Shown in pieces: positions 1-9,447 of a stretch of 64,000 nucleotides of DNA. Origin of the DNA: an uncultured Desulfobacter sp. (lineage in GTDB: Bacteria > Desulfobacterota > Desulfobacteria > Desulfobacterales > Desulfobacteraceae). A program made the position numbers and the translations under genes. A model generated the notes under the pieces. The model was given only the letters and a program-made list of their open reading frames with translations, ran no database searches and was not told the DNA's origin. The stretch's first letter is position 1. Every line of letters begins with the position of its first letter. The stretch is from contig OY762069.1 of the NCBI GenBank assembly GCA_963665095.1, positions 2,560,001 through 2,624,000 of the forward strand, given 5' to 3'.

Positions 1-974
1 ACAATAACCGATTCCGTGAATAGATCTTCTGGGATGCTCAACCCCAATTTTTTAACTGTGGTCATATTGATCAGCAACTGAGGGGCCTCATCAACCAGCA
101 CAGGGATCTCTTCTATTTTTTCACCCTGCTGATGCCGGTTTACGACTTCTGCGGCAAGTCTTCCTAATTTGTAATAACTTGGCAGCGTTCCTATTGTGAT
201 ACCAGCCTCCACAAGTTTCCGGTTTGCACCAACACTGACAAGCCTGGCTTTAATCAACGCTTCAGCTATCAGTGATGCATTTGAAATCAGAAAGCCATCC
301 TGGGGAAGGTAGACTGAGTCCACATCAAGGGACTGACTAATTAATTTTGACAAATTGGATTCAAGTGCAACAGCACTGGAAGCCGTGCGCAACGAGACAA
401 CTTCAAACCCCATCTCTTTTCCAATCTCCATCAAACTTTCCTGGAAAACCTGTGACTGCGGTTCTATGGGGTTGAAAAAAATACCCATTTTCTTAATTTG
501 ATGCGTTTTAAGCGCATTCAGAATCTGTAACCGTATTGATACGCCGCTGGCTGTCCCGGCAAGGTTACCGCCGGAGCCATCCATACTTTTGACGATCCCT
601 GTTTTCACGGGATTTGCCGGAAGATTAAATATTTGCGGGATGTTAATGCGTTTTGTCTCCAGCCACTGTTTGACTTTTAAAGATACAGTGGTACCAAATG
701 AGTATATATAATCATAATTCTCATACCGGATCTCTTTTCTGATCTGGTAAACCAGTTTGCCAATGTCCTGCTCACCATTAAAAATTTCATACTCAGCAGA
801 ATATCCCAGCTCGTTTAATCCGTCTTTAAATCCTTTTTCCCCATCCGTTTCTCCCCGCCATAAAACAAGGGCAATTTTCAATGTTTTTGCATTGCCTGTG
901 GGCAGATTAAAAACCATACCAGCCAAAATAAAAAAGAGACTGAATAAAAAAAATAATATTTTATCTGTTTTCAT
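1..974 (-). CDS. ABC transporter substrate-binding protein (3' end runs off the window)
   Basis: Hand translation from ATG at 974 (RBS GGAGG): signal peptide MKTDKILFFLFSLFFILAG..., and C-terminal INMTTVKKLGLSIPEDL typical of the ABC_sub_bind family; no stop inside the window. Confidence 0.75.
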   Translation of the reverse strand, partial: MKTDKILFFLFSLFFILAGMVFNLPTGNAKTLKIALVLWRGETDGEKGFKDGLNELGYSAEYEIFNGEQDIGKLVYQIRKEIRYENYDYIYSFGTTVSLKVKQWLETKRINIPQIFNLPANPVKTGIVKSMDGSGGNLAGTASGVSIRLQILNALKTHQIKKMGIFFNPIEPQSQVFQESLMEIGKEMGFEVVSLRTASSAVALESNLSKLISQSLDVDSVYLPQDGFLISNASLIAEALIKARLVSVGANRKLVEAGITIGTLPSYYKLGRLAAEVVNRHQQGEKIEEIPVLVDEAPQLLINMTTVKKLGLSIPEDLFTESVI

Positions 975-1274
975 GTAACCTCCTTTTGAACAACTGCCCA
1001 TAGTCAGGTTGGCTGCAGGATAGACGTCTCAAGCATGTTTCATAAACGCCTGGCAGGGAATCGGATTTTGTCGGGATATTAAAACCATGGGGATCAACAA
1101 GTTGCTGCGGTATCGCAACAGTCAGACAGGAGGATTGCCCGCTCAGGGACGCCGTGAAAATACAATAGGACCACCCAACAATAAAACACCCTATGACGAA
1201 AAAATATTTTTTGTCAAGCAGATTTACCCGCCTCTCTGCTTATATCTCCAGGGATATGGTGCGGACAAAAGACA

Positions 1275-3128
1275 TTGACGTATTGCACATCACTGATTAG
1301 TTTAGCTGGTTATGAACCTGAATCAATCAATAATGATATTACATACAAGAAACATATGAACAACGATTATCTAATTGCCAACAAAATACGAAAAGAACTC
1401 AAACTGCAGGAACAGCGCCGGGATATCCTTTTCAGTGACGGAGAAAAAGCCCTTGACATGATTCTGGAGGCACCCTCCCCGGCTGCCCTGATCCAGTCTT
1501 TTCCAGACCAGGATCTGTATTACCTGATGCATAAAATTGGAATTCAGGATTTTATTCCGGTCCTGGCCATGGCCCAGTCCAGCCAGTGGGAATATATTCT
1601 CGACGTGGAGGTCTGGGATGATGACCGACTTGATCCGCGTATGATGACCCAGGTGTTTTCCCTTATATTTAAAGCCGATCCCCACCGGCTGCTGCGCTGG
1701 GCCATTACAGAGAAGCCTGATTTTGTAGAATACTATCTTTTCCGGAATATGCAGATTGTCATCCGGGAACACGATGAGCTGCCGCCTGAAGATTTTGACG
1801 ACTATATTACTCTGGATGACAAATTCTATTTCAGGTTTCCCGACAAATCACAGGCAAACCAGAATGATGCCCCGGATGAGCTGCTTCCCCAGGAAACACC
1901 CCGGGAGACAACCCTTAATGACGATGCGCCAGAGCTGATTGAACAGATGCTTAAGACCCTGGCAGGCATGGATTTATCCGTACTACACGGCCTGTTGCTT
2001 GAAACATCAGCTCTGCTGCCGGCTGAGGCGGAAGAAGAAGAGTTTCGGCTTAAAAATATCCGCCTGGCAGAAAAGGGATTTCTGCCGGCCCATGAGGCAG
2101 TAGGAATTTACCAGCAGGTCAGGGATCTTGATCTGCGGCAGCGCTCCGGGACAGCAGGTGAGGATCCGGTGACAAATCCGGATATCCCCATGCCCCCAAT
2201 CTACTTTACCCAGTTCACAAAAGACACAAGTCTGTTCGCCCAGGTTCTTGAAAGAATAAGTACGGATGGCGGGCTTTCCGGTCTCGACAGTGAACTGGCC
2301 GCGTTAATCAATAAAATCATCTCTGCCGACCGAATCCAGATCCGGGACAGGGAATCCATTGAGAACCCAGTTAAAAAGGCCATGGCCTATCTGAGTCTGG
2401 GTCTTGAAGTACTGATGCCGAAAGGGGCTTTCCCAATTGAAGCGGGTGCAGACCTTATAAAAAAATATTTTTTCGAAGATATCTTCAGAACCGGAGCCAG
2501 GGAAGGACAGCGCCTTCAGGCCCGCGTGCAGAAGTGGCACCAGACAAGCTTTGTCAAAAAGAAAAACCTGCCGCTGGGATTCCTGGGAGAAAATTATCTT
2601 GGGGTCATTGGCGGGCTTTTGATTCAACGGCCCATGTTTTTTGCCAACTACGCTGACAGGGAACTTTACAGAGACTTTTCAAGCCTCGCCGACATCAAGG
2701 CCACCCGGCGTATCGTGGATGAAATCATCTGCCTGGATGATTTTTTGAAAGGTCTGGACATTGATATCTTTACCCATACATCAGGAGTGCTTACTTATAA
2801 AAGTATGATTCTGACCCTGTGGGCCAGGGATCGCACGGGCCAGAACGCTTCAAATCCATTAAGTCTTGCGCCCATGGATGCCTCTTTGTTCAAAAATTTT
2901 TTTGCACAGCTTTTCAGTGATGCATCCGGGATCGGAGATACCGCTGCAAAGGATATAGCCCTGTGGGCGGCAACAATGTCGGGCGTTCACGAGACAAATC
3001 TGCCGGTTCCTTTCCAGGGTGTTCTGTATGCTTTAATAAGGGAAGTGGAATCAGAATACCAGAACGTCAACACCCGGGATCTGGATCCGAGATTCATGCC
3101 CCTGTTTCTTCTGGACCATCAGGGATAG
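1275..3128 (+). CDS. DUF6178-like conserved deltaproteobacterial protein (true start possibly ATG 1356)
   Basis: 617-aa ORF; motifs LYYLMHKIG, QWEYILDVEVW, RLAEKGFLP recalled from this family. Confidence 0.6.
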   Translation: MTYCTSLISLAGYEPESINNDITYKKHMNNDYLIANKIRKELKLQEQRRDILFSDGEKALDMILEAPSPAALIQSFPDQDLYYLMHKIGIQDFIPVLAMAQSSQWEYILDVEVWDDDRLDPRMMTQVFSLIFKADPHRLLRWAITEKPDFVEYYLFRNMQIVIREHDELPPEDFDDYITLDDKFYFRFPDKSQANQNDAPDELLPQETPRETTLNDDAPELIEQMLKTLAGMDLSVLHGLLLETSALLPAEAEEEEFRLKNIRLAEKGFLPAHEAVGIYQQVRDLDLRQRSGTAGEDPVTNPDIPMPPIYFTQFTKDTSLFAQVLERISTDGGLSGLDSELAALINKIISADRIQIRDRESIENPVKKAMAYLSLGLEVLMPKGAFPIEAGADLIKKYFFEDIFRTGAREGQRLQARVQKWHQTSFVKKKNLPLGFLGENYLGVIGGLLIQRPMFFANYADRELYRDFSSLADIKATRRIVDEIICLDDFLKGLDIDIFTHTSGVLTYKSMILTLWARDRTGQNASNPLSLAPMDASLFKNFFAQLFSDASGIGDTAAKDIALWAATMSGVHETNLPVPFQGVLYALIREVESEYQNVNTRDLDPRFMPLFLLDHQG

Positions 3129-3174
3129 AACAGTAGTCTGATGCCTGGACCGGATATTTCCGGGCAGGCACTGC

Positions 3175-3915
3175 CTACTCTTCCGGATCAAAAATATACC
3201 CCACAGACCGCCTGCTTTTAAAATAGACCGGGGACTTTGGATCTGGTTCAAAATATTTCCGGAACCGGACAATAAAATTGTCCACAGTGCGGGTTGTGGT
3301 ATCTTTTGCATACCCCCACCCGGCTTTAAGCAGCATTTTACGGGACAACGCTTTTCCCTTGTGAGCAATGAATATACGCAAAAGGGTCACTTCCTGTTCT
3401 GTCAGGATGACATGGCCTGCGGTACAGGTAGCTTGTGAGGTTTCAAAATTAATGTAATTCTGCCCAAAGGAATAGGTATCGCCCTTAAAAAGCATCCGGT
3501 CGGTCTCTTCCAGCTCTCTTTTGGGGGGGGCATACCACTCCCGGCGTTTTAAAAGCCGCTCCACTCGCAAAAGGAACTCTTCCAAGTCAAAGGGCTTGGA
3601 CAAATAATCATCCACCCCGTATTTCAACCCTTTCACCTTATCCTGGGTGTCTCCCCGGGCCGACAAAATCAGCACCGGAATTTTCTCATCCTCCCGGCGG
3701 ATGGTCTGAAGAACGGAAAATCCGTCCACCATGGGCAGCATGATATCCAGTACAATGAGGTCCGGATGCCAGGCCCGCCAAAGCCTCAACCCTTCCACGC
3801 CGTCCGGGGCCACTGCAGCGTCATGGCCCTGCAGGGTCAGGTTCAGTTTAATGCCCTCAGCAATATGATTTTCATCCTCTATGACCAGGACACGCTTTTT
3901 TTCAGCCGTTTCCAT
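3175..3915 (-). CDS. OmpR-family response regulator
   Basis: REC domain (VIEDE, LDIMLP, DDYLSKPF) plus winged-helix C-terminus (TRTVDNFIVRFRK, SVGYIF). Confidence 0.93.
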   Translation of the reverse strand: METAEKKRVLVIEDENHIAEGIKLNLTLQGHDAAVAPDGVEGLRLWRAWHPDLIVLDIMLPMVDGFSVLQTIRREDEKIPVLILSARGDTQDKVKGLKYGVDDYLSKPFDLEEFLLRVERLLKRREWYAPPKRELEETDRMLFKGDTYSFGQNYINFETSQATCTAGHVILTEQEVTLLRIFIAHKGKALSRKMLLKAGWGYAKDTTTRTVDNFIVRFRKYFEPDPKSPVYFKSRRSVGYIFDPEE

Positions 3916-4901
3916 AACTCTTTCTCTCTGACGCTGGCAATGCTTGCACGCGGTATGGTAATAGTAAATCTGGAGCCTTTTCCCTTGCCCTCACTGGACA
4001 CGGAGGCCCGCCAGCCATGGATACCTGCAATACTTGACACAAGATAAAGCCCTAAGCCCGATCCAGTGTTGCCTTCGGTATTATTCCGGGCTGCCTGGTA
4101 AAACTTGCGAAATATCTTTCTTGCATCCTTTTTATCCACTCCGATACCATTGTCAATGAAATCAATGGTAATTTTTTGCAGATGGCTTTTGAACCGGATG
4201 GTGAGGCAGGGGTTATCATCCTCATTATACCGAATGGCATTTGAAATAATATTCATCAGAAGAATTTCAAATAAAAACGAATTAACCGGATATTCAAATC
4301 TTGCTTTGGCGGGATTGTCAATCCGGATATCAAGATCCCTGAAAATGGAGGCATTCTTCCGACAAAAATTCTCCACAAATGCCACCATATCCTCCCGTGT
4401 CACCTTTGAGCCGAAATTCTGGCTCTCAATCCTGGCCAGATCAAGTATCCGGTTGATATTCTCGGTGAGACGGTCAATATCCTTAAGCATACTGGTGCTG
4501 TATTTTTTTACGTCTTCCGGATCCATGGGGTGTCGAATAAAAGTTTCAAGGTAAAGCCGCAGGGAGGTAACAGGGGTTTTCAGCTCATGGGTAAAATTAT
4601 AGATAAAATTGTGCTGGAGCCGGAACAAATTCACGGTTTTCTGATAATAAATAAAGGCCAGAAGGATGCCGGCCAGTACCACAGCAATCAAAAGACTTAA
4701 CACCAGAATCGTCATCCCGGTTTTGGAAGGGAATATGGCCTGGGGCGCTATATTGAACTTGAGCATCACCACTTCAAGTGCTGACCGGATCTCCATGTAC
4801 AGGCTGACGGTGAGTACCAGGAATGTGGCCAACGCAAAAATGGAGCAGGCAAAAATAAATACCGGATGAAGATACCAGCGGGAAGGGTTCAGAATCTGCA
4901 T
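3879..4901 (-). CDS. Membrane sensor histidine kinase
   Basis: Two TM helices, H-box THELKTP, N-box NAIRY, G boxes DNGIG and GSGLGL; overlaps the regulator start. Confidence 0.92.
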   Translation of the reverse strand: MQILNPSRWYLHPVFIFACSIFALATFLVLTVSLYMEIRSALEVVMLKFNIAPQAIFPSKTGMTILVLSLLIAVVLAGILLAFIYYQKTVNLFRLQHNFIYNFTHELKTPVTSLRLYLETFIRHPMDPEDVKKYSTSMLKDIDRLTENINRILDLARIESQNFGSKVTREDMVAFVENFCRKNASIFRDLDIRIDNPAKARFEYPVNSFLFEILLMNIISNAIRYNEDDNPCLTIRFKSHLQKITIDFIDNGIGVDKKDARKIFRKFYQAARNNTEGNTGSGLGLYLVSSIAGIHGWRASVSSEGKGKGSRFTITIPRASIASVREKELWKRLKKSVSWS

Positions 4902-4904
4902 AGG

Positions 4905-6146
4905 TCAGTGCTCTTCTTTCAGCTCCGGGAAAGTGATGGTAAACTTCACCCCCTTGCCCGGGGCGGATTCCATATCGATTCTGCCCTTCAAGGTCTGGGT
5001 GACCAGGTTGAACAGAATGGACATACCAAGGCCGGTGCCACCTTTACCGCGCATGGTGGTAAAAAAAGGATCAAATATTTTTTCCTTTTGCTCGTCATTC
5101 ATTCCCATGCCGGTATCACTGTATGTGAATACCACCTCCTGGTTCTCAAACCGGACCTTTATATTCATGGCACCATTCTCCATCTGTTTAAACCCATGGA
5201 GAAGAGAGTTATTAATCAAATTACTTATTATCTGGGAAACCGCACCGGGATAAGAGGAAACGCTGATATTGTCAGGACAGTCCACCTCAATGGTATGGCT
5301 GGTTTTTTTGTACTTGGGCCGCAAACTGAGCAGCACTTCATCAATATATTCCTTTACATTGAACCGCCGCAGATTCTGACTGGACTGGTCCACTGCCACC
5401 TGTTTAAAGCTGGAAATCAGCTCGGCTGCCCGCTGCATATTGATCAGGATTGAATTTGAGATCTCCTTTGTTGTGTTCAAAAAGGCCTCAAGCTCACTGC
5501 GTTTCAGCTGTCCTGCCTGATAAGAGGTCATAAACTCTTTGGTCTTTGCATCAAGAAATGACGCTGCGGTTACGCCGACTCCCACTGGCGTGTTGATCTC
5601 ATGGGCCACACCGGCCACAAGCTCCCCTAAAGCAGCCATTTTTTCGGACTGAACCAGCCGGTCCCGCGTTTCCTTCAAGGTGTCCAGGGAAACCTGAAGC
5701 TCTTTATTGGTTATTTCAAGGTCGTTCCGGTATTTTTCCTTTTCCTCAATCAGATTTCTGCGTTCAAACGCTTTATTGACCGCATGAAATAACACATTCA
5801 TGTCCTGGACAGGCTTGATAATGTAATCCCAGGCACCTAAACGCAGGGCTTCAACGGTATCACCAATATTCCCTGCACCGGAAACAATAATGATGGGAAT
5901 GCTGTCATCCAGCTTGGAAACCTGGGACAAAACCTCCAGGCCATCCATCACAGGCATACGCAAATCGCAAAGAATGAGATCCGGATGCTCCCTGGTAACG
6001 ATTTCAAGGCCCACCTTTCCATTTTCTGCTTGCATTACTTCAAAATCATAATCCTCCAGGAACCCAATGATTGAATCCCGGATATAAACTTCATCATCAA
6101 TGACAAGAATTTTTTTCCCTGCATTATCAAACATTTGCTTCGTCAT
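4905..6146 (-). CDS. Hybrid receiver-histidine kinase
   Basis: N-terminal REC (IDDE, DLRMP, KP), then AHEINTP, DTGMG, GGTGLG. Confidence 0.9.
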   Translation of the reverse strand: MTKQMFDNAGKKILVIDDEVYIRDSIIGFLEDYDFEVMQAENGKVGLEIVTREHPDLILCDLRMPVMDGLEVLSQVSKLDDSIPIIIVSGAGNIGDTVEALRLGAWDYIIKPVQDMNVLFHAVNKAFERRNLIEEKEKYRNDLEITNKELQVSLDTLKETRDRLVQSEKMAALGELVAGVAHEINTPVGVGVTAASFLDAKTKEFMTSYQAGQLKRSELEAFLNTTKEISNSILINMQRAAELISSFKQVAVDQSSQNLRRFNVKEYIDEVLLSLRPKYKKTSHTIEVDCPDNISVSSYPGAVSQIISNLINNSLLHGFKQMENGAMNIKVRFENQEVVFTYSDTGMGMNDEQKEKIFDPFFTTMRGKGGTGLGMSILFNLVTQTLKGRIDMESAPGKGVKFTITFPELKEEH

Positions 6147-6422
6147 CCTTCTGGATCATGAAAGTTAACGGTCAAGGGCTATGACACATCCCTGAACTTA
6201 TTTTGTTATAGAAGTTTTCGCCGTTTTTTAAAGGGGTTAATATCGTCCTTCTTACGAACTTTAATTACATATCAGCATACCATGATTTTATAGGTTTATT
6301 ATTTCTTTAAATGAAAAAAAGTCAAGATATTATTGCCGTTCAGAGCAAAAAGGTACAAAAGAATATCAGGATATGCTTGACCCGGATCGGCCAAAAAGAT
6401 AATACATTTCGCACATCAGTTA

Positions 6423-6665
6423 ATGGAGGAAACTGTGACGGGAAAATATATATTATTTTGTGAATATGTTCATTGCTGTGGAAAACAAAAAGTGATTCTT
6501 GGAGAAACTGACAGTGAACCCAGGGCAGCCGAGTGGGTAAAACTTCAGGAGGAACAAGGCGGAAGGCCCCGACTTCCACAAAATGATCTGGTGCTTAACT
6601 GCCCGGTTAACCATTGTCCGGCAAAGCGCCAGACTCCCCGGTATGACTACTGCCAAGCGATTTGA
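6423..6665 (+). CDS. Small Cys-rich hypothetical protein
   Basis: 80-aa ORF with HCCG and CPVNHC filling an intergenic gap. Confidence 0.45.
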   Translation: MEETVTGKYILFCEYVHCCGKQKVILGETDSEPRAAEWVKLQEEQGGRPRLPQNDLVLNCPVNHCPAKRQTPRYDYCQAI

Positions 6666-6707
6666 ACCTGAACCCAAAATCACACTTCATAATGGAGGCG
6701 CACCCTT

Positions 6708-7946
6708 TCAGTTCAGGTTGGACCCGGCTGTTTCCGGAACTATTAAGGCCTGGGTGACAGCAGAAAGACTGGCACTGTTTAGTATTTTTAATTCCTTATT
6801 GTATCTGGAGCAAAGATGTTTGACTTTTAAGCAGGCATTGTGGCTGTTGCAGCTGACAGGACAGACAACAATATCGCACCGTCTGACTTTGGCAGCAAGA
6901 TCTGCATTACTATTTTTCAGATAACCGTCATGATAATCAAACTCACCCCCTGCCTTTTCAACGATCTGTCGGTAATATGATTTCATTTTTGTGATTCCGC
7001 CTATCATAAAAATACGCCTGGCGCAGAGACGGTGATTTGGGCAGTTATCCCTTGAGCAGGCCCCTTGTATCGGACAGGCTGTTAACTCCTCAGGAGACGC
7101 TATCTCGTTAACCCCGGCAGCTGAAAAAACAGAAGAGAGCTGGGTCAACTCTTCCTTAAGCATGGCATTCTCACTCCTGAGACTGAACAGCTGAATTTCA
7201 AGCTGCTTTCTTTCCCGTTCGATACGCAGATTTTCCTCTTTTTGTTGTTCAACGGCCTGTTTAAGGTCGAAAATCTGCCTTCCACCTTCCTGAAGTGCTT
7301 GTGCGGGTTTTCTGGTCTGATTTTGAAATTCGTCTAGTTTGACTTTCAGGCGTGCCTTTTCCATGACTGCGGTCTCTTTTTCCCGGGAGGCCTGTTTCAA
7401 CTCCCTGGCCAGTTCCCGGATACGTTCACTTTTTTCACGGGTTGTCTGCTTTTCCCGAGATAACGCCTGGTCTGCCTTTTCAAGGTGTTTGCGGATGGTA
7501 AACACTTCGTTCATATTTGCATGGGAAAGCATATGGACCTCTCCATGGATATCCTGGAGAAGCTCTATGTCTGTGTCCCTGTGAGAGACAATGGCATACA
7601 TGACAGGACCGATAACGCCTTGTTCCGCATATTTTTCCCAAAGTTTTCTGACGCCCTTTGCATCTTTCTTCTCATAAAGAGCAGCCACCTCTTTCATGTA
7701 TTTCAAGGATTGATGGCGGATATAGTTGTTTGTTTTTCTGGAAACAGCATTTTCATCCCCCACGCATCCCATAAGATAGCTGTGATATTCATAGGGTTTC
7801 AACACGCTGACATCCCATCCGCATTTTTTTAGAATACTTTTATGTTTTTCCACCGTCAGCATGGCGCCTATTACAGGGCATTTAAAATTGCGCTCAATTT
7901 CCCAAATATTTAAGAATTCACTCATGGTGCCCATAGATAACTCCAA
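6708..7946 (-). CDS. DUF2325 domain protein with central coiled coil
   Basis: CPVIG and GEVHMLSH motifs; C-terminal MIGG...HDG...VCPVSCNSHNAC. Confidence 0.8.
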   Translation of the reverse strand: MELSMGTMSEFLNIWEIERNFKCPVIGAMLTVEKHKSILKKCGWDVSVLKPYEYHSYLMGCVGDENAVSRKTNNYIRHQSLKYMKEVAALYEKKDAKGVRKLWEKYAEQGVIGPVMYAIVSHRDTDIELLQDIHGEVHMLSHANMNEVFTIRKHLEKADQALSREKQTTREKSERIRELARELKQASREKETAVMEKARLKVKLDEFQNQTRKPAQALQEGGRQIFDLKQAVEQQKEENLRIERERKQLEIQLFSLRSENAMLKEELTQLSSVFSAAGVNEIASPEELTACPIQGACSRDNCPNHRLCARRIFMIGGITKMKSYYRQIVEKAGGEFDYHDGYLKNSNADLAAKVRRCDIVVCPVSCNSHNACLKVKHLCSRYNKELKILNSASLSAVTQALIVPETAGSNLN

Positions 7947-7965
7947 ACTTTATTATGAATTTATT

Positions 7966-8007
7966 TTAAGTTAGACAAAACTAATTTTTAGTTAAATATA
8001 TAACTAA
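7966..8007. promoter_or_regulatory. Tandem DtxR/IdeR-like operator boxes upstream of the DUF2325 gene
   Basis: TTAAGTTAGACAAAACTAA (7966-7984) resembles the DtxR 19-mer; palindrome TTAGTTA-N6-TAACTAA at 7988-8007. Confidence 0.35.
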
Positions 8008-8079
8008 TTCCAAAATGTCAACAAATAAATATCAATTTGATGTCGATTAATTAGTAACGAGAAAACAAAGAAGAGGGGT

Positions 8080-8119
8080 AAAAAAAATAAAAACCCGGCA
8101 GTCGAAACTGCCGGGTTTT
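8080..8119 (-). terminator. Rho-independent terminator (originally downstream of the tRNA)
   Basis: Perfect 13-bp stem AAAACCCGGCAGT/ACTGCCGGGTTTT, TTCG loop and T-rich tail on the minus strand. Confidence 0.85.
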
Positions 8120-8135
8120 ATAATATCTTTTAAAG

Positions 8136-8145
8136 TGGCTCCCCG
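8136..8145 (-). other. att site: displaced tRNA 3' end (CGGGGAGCCA, tRNA-Asn-like)
   Basis: CCA-ending acceptor-stem fragment just upstream of a tRNA-type terminator, with no T-arm or remainder of a tRNA; lies at the switch from host to accessory genes. Confidence 0.65.
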
Positions 8146-8603
8146 ATTCATCCGCAGAGCGAACCAAGTCAGTTTCAGAGCTAATCCCCTGTTTTTTCAG
8201 GTATAACAGCAAACAGAAAGCCTTACTTAAAGGTGCAAAACCTGACAGTTTTCCGGCAAACAAGGCGATCACAAAGAGGGATTGGGAACAATCATTACGT
8301 CCCCAAAAAAAGCCGGTCAATCCAGTTGCAATAGGTTTGCAGTTCATTGAATACCTCGAAAACAATCCGTCTGCAACATATCAAACCTTAGCTGATGAAT
8401 CCAAAATCACTAAGGCAAGGGTATGCCAGATGGTCGCACTTGTCAGAAGGCTGCCAGCAGAAATCATTGATTTCCTAAAGGAATCGGAAGATCCGCAGAT
8501 CTTGAGCCTGTTTACAGAACGGAAATTAAGGCCGCTTACCTTGATGCCGTCTGATGATGATAAATTATTGAGTTTCAATAAGATGAGGGCTGAATTTGAG
8601 TGA
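8136..8603 (+). pseudogene. C-terminal HTH fragment, probably of a recombinase gene split at the att site
   Basis: Frame is open from WLPDSSAERT (encoded by the att core) through ORF 8337-8603 (TYQTLADESKITKARVCQMVALVRRLPAEI); stop at 8121-8123 and no ATG before the HTH. Confidence 0.5.
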
Positions 8604-8624
8604 TTTAGATCCCGGCAATCAACC

Positions 8625-8918
8625 ATGAAAGGAGATATGATGAGACCATACATCCACCACATCCACAAACTGGAAAATGATAATCCAGGCGAACACATCG
8701 CAACCGTTAAGGGTAAGGTTCATTTCAGAAAATGGGTCAAGAGACGCTATTTCGAAAAATGTGGCTCAAGGGTTTGTTTCTGTCTGGATGCAGACAGCCC
8801 ATATTATGGTGTCATTCCGTTTGTGGCCCTGAAAGGCAAGAGCAAGGTGAAGGATCGGATTATTTTTTTTAGGATCGGGTGTGAACCGGACAATCCAGTT
8901 AACGATATCCCGTTTTGA
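8625..8918 (+). CDS. Hypothetical protein ending in NDIPF
   Basis: 97-aa ORF; RBS GGAG precedes ATG 8637. Confidence 0.5.
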   Translation: MKGDMMRPYIHHIHKLENDNPGEHIATVKGKVHFRKWVKRRYFEKCGSRVCFCLDADSPYYGVIPFVALKGKSKVKDRIIFFRIGCEPDNPVNDIPF

Positions 8919-9030
8919 TTAATAAAGAAAAGCTTAGGAGGTGAGAGATATGAATGATAATTGTCCGCCATTTTCAAGCTGAATAAATATTTCAAAATTT
9001 TTTTAAATTTTCGTCACAAAGCAGTTCCAA

Positions 9031-9073
9031 ATTTTGCTAAGGACATTTATATTTTGCTAAATTGATTTAGCAA
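9031..9073. promoter_or_regulatory. Putative operator of the XRE regulator
   Basis: ATTTTGCTAA direct repeat at 9031 and 9051; perfect inverted repeat TTGCTAAAT-tg-ATTTAGCAA at 9054-9073. Confidence 0.55.
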
Positions 9074-9089
9074 GATTTATATATTAGTT

Positions 9090-9440
9090 ATGAAATACGG
9101 AGTAACTATGGCAAACAAAATCGGAAAATACCTTAAAGATAAACGGTTGCAGAAACGACTCACACTTCGGCAGGTAGAGGAACAGACTGAGATAAAGAAC
9201 GCATATCTTAGCCAACTTGAAAATGGTAAAATTGAGAAACCTTCGCCAAAGTATCTGCACAAGCTCGCAGGGGCTTATGGAGTTCCTTATGCCATGCTGC
9301 TTGAGATGGCAGGATATCCTTCTTTTGATGAAGAGAGCAATATTAAAAGATTTGTTTCAAATGAACTGAACACAATAACATCAGATGAAGAAGAAAAACT
9401 TATTGAATACCTTCGTTTTCTTCGGAGCACAAAAAAGTGA
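9090..9440 (+). CDS. XRE-family HTH transcriptional regulator (start probably ATG 9108)
   Basis: LTLRQVEEQTEIKNAYLSQLENGKIEKPS is a classic HTH_3 signature. Confidence 0.9.
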   Translation: MKYGVTMANKIGKYLKDKRLQKRLTLRQVEEQTEIKNAYLSQLENGKIEKPSPKYLHKLAGAYGVPYAMLLEMAGYPSFDEESNIKRFVSNELNTITSDEEEKLIEYLRFLRSTKK

Positions 9441-9447
9441 GAACATA

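Noticed and set aside
4866..5453. Long antisense ORFs (also 15663-16106, 26333-26806, 26731-27231, 47729-48235)
   Set aside because: Shadows on the opposite strand of well-supported genes, with no recognisable motifs
8136..8215. Complete tRNA gene
   Set aside because: Only the last 10 nt look like a tRNA; no GTTCGA T-arm or cloverleaf upstream on the minus strand
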